A stretch of 64,000 bases of DNA from Leucoraja erinacea (Eukaryota), in assembly GCF_028641065.1 (NCBI RefSeq), contig NC_073396.1:22816001-22880000 (forward strand). The letters run 5' to 3'. Numbering within the stretch: position 1 is the stretch's first letter; every line of letters begins with the position of its first letter. The translations under genes were made by a program, and so were the position numbers. Below are positions 62,592-64,000 of the stretch, piece by piece. The notes under the pieces are model-generated. The model was not told where the DNA came from. It did not search any database and was given only the letters and a program-made list of their open reading frames with translations.

Positions 62592-62733
62592 CCTGTATGT
62601 AGGGGTACTTCAGCATCAGCAGCATGGCCCAACAAAGTGTGTTTGAAGTCGTCTCCATCCCAGCAACAAACAGGTCGAGTGCTGTGAATAACAGGTTGTT
62701 TTCATGGAAATATGTGTTTGGATTACCTGACTC
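62592..62733 (-). CDS. CYP2 gene B exon 6; upstream exons lie outside the window
   Basis: ESGNPNTYFHENNLLFTALDLFVAGMETTSNTLCWAMLLMLKYPYIQ. 142 nt. Confidence 0.85.
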
Positions 62734-63049
62734 CTGCAATAGATTAACAGAACAAAGACCCAGAAATTGTGTTAGGACCAGGAGGACACACCAGAAGCCC
62801 TCTCGCACAACTCTTTGGGATAAGGAAAAATTCTGATTGCAGACTATTTTGGATTGTAGAAACCGATCTTTGTCAAAGCTTAACAATTAAAAAATGCTTT
62901 GTGTCAAGTATAATTTTTAAATGTTATTTGATTATCTTTAATTTTACAAGCAAATAAATGTACCAATGTATATAGATTTAATGTATTTGTTAGGTTTATT
63001 AAAATTCATAATTGGTTTCGATATTTTGTTTCACCTAGAATACAGCACA

Positions 63050-63600
63050 GACAATAAATATGAAAAATACTGTAAACCCATCTAAAACGGGTGCTTTACC
63101 AGTATTCATTGAAAAAATAGCTTCTGTATTTCTTCTTCCGTAGTGGGTTCATCTAACAAAGAGGAATCATTATATGGTAAATTTGTAAGTTCAGTTTCTT
63201 TAAAAAATTAATGCATTATAATTGAAATCAGTAGGAAAATCTGATGGTATAATGTAGGCAGGTATAAAATTCCTGAAAGGATTATTAATTTCGTCATGGT
63301 CTATAGTTAGTGTACCATCCCGTTTACTCACTTTGTAGTAATCTGACGCTTGGCCGACATGCTTTCACATGATTAGCGAGTAATTACCACAATTCTTCGC
63401 AACAGTATATAAAATTGACTTGGTTTTTTTTTAAGTAGATGGTTCTCAATCGGCGATACTAAATAACAAATCACTATCTCAAATTGAAGTTCAACACTAG
63501 TCTTATAGAGCTCTAAACTAGGAAATCTTTGAATATTTATTATCAATTTCTTTAATCTGTCAGCCAATCTGCGTATTTCTTTTTGTGTTGTTTTTTTAAT
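63050..63600 (-). mobile_element. Decayed L1 ORF2 fragment in gene B intron 5
   Basis: AT-rich, with L1-like peptide remnants (DGTLTIDHDEINN, GKAPVLDGFTVF). Confidence 0.55.
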
Positions 63601-64000
63601 CCGCGGAGTATGACTGCCGCTCAACCGAATACGGCCAATAACGGATTTGACCGTGGCGGGGCGCGGGGACCTGTCAACGATTGGTCCAGACCCCTGCGTC
63701 CATCACATAACCGTGAAGGGCATGAACATTGTCCCAAACCTCCGCTCCACCCGACCCGCCGCCCGCAGTGGGTGGCCGTGGGAGAGTGGGGGCTTGTCCG
63801 AGGGATGCACAACTTTCGGCCACTTTCAACTTGGTGACTTGGGGTCGTGGACTTTTCTGTTGAGCGGCAGTCGGGTCTTTGGCATGTAGGCGACCGCCGC
63901 CGTTCGGCGTATGTGGCTTTTCAACAGAGAAGCCATTCGGGTATGTTGGCTTTTGGCGATGCAGCTTGTCGGTTCCTTGAGATTTAGGCGTTACAGCCTT

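Noticed and set aside
63600-64000. CpG-rich window end as a promoter or exon of gene B
   Set aside because: No similarity to gene A exons 1-5 or its promoter, and no recognisable protein motif. Left unannotated.

Overview
This is eukaryotic, repeat-dense vertebrate DNA. The mix of CR1, Rex1, Penelope and SINE repeats resembles a cartilaginous fish such as a skate or ray (inference). Genes: (1) a complete 3-exon COX19 (+, 8660-11439, 95 aa); (2) a complete 9-exon CYP2-family cytochrome P450, CYP2K/CYP2W1-like ('gene A', +, 17135-50560, 499 aa); (3) an orphan second copy of its promoter, exon 1 and start of intron 1 (+, about 53920-55234); (4) exons 6-9 of a near-identical paralogue on the minus strand ('gene B', 57187-62733), tail-to-tail with gene A, with a 1-bp frameshift in exon 7. 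Most other sequence is mobile DNA whose ends can be read directly: a full-length DIRS1-type element with ITRs and ICR, two Gypsy elements, two solo LTRs with 4-bp TSDs, a Tc1 shared by both P450 copies, an hAT MITE in the P450 promoter, a THAP-derived fold-back element, and five non-autonomous Helitrons carrying very different cargo. I found no prokaryotic-type system and cannot claim a confirmed new one. The best leads are the rearranged P450 duplication and the cargo-swapping Helitron family. All alignments were done by eye.
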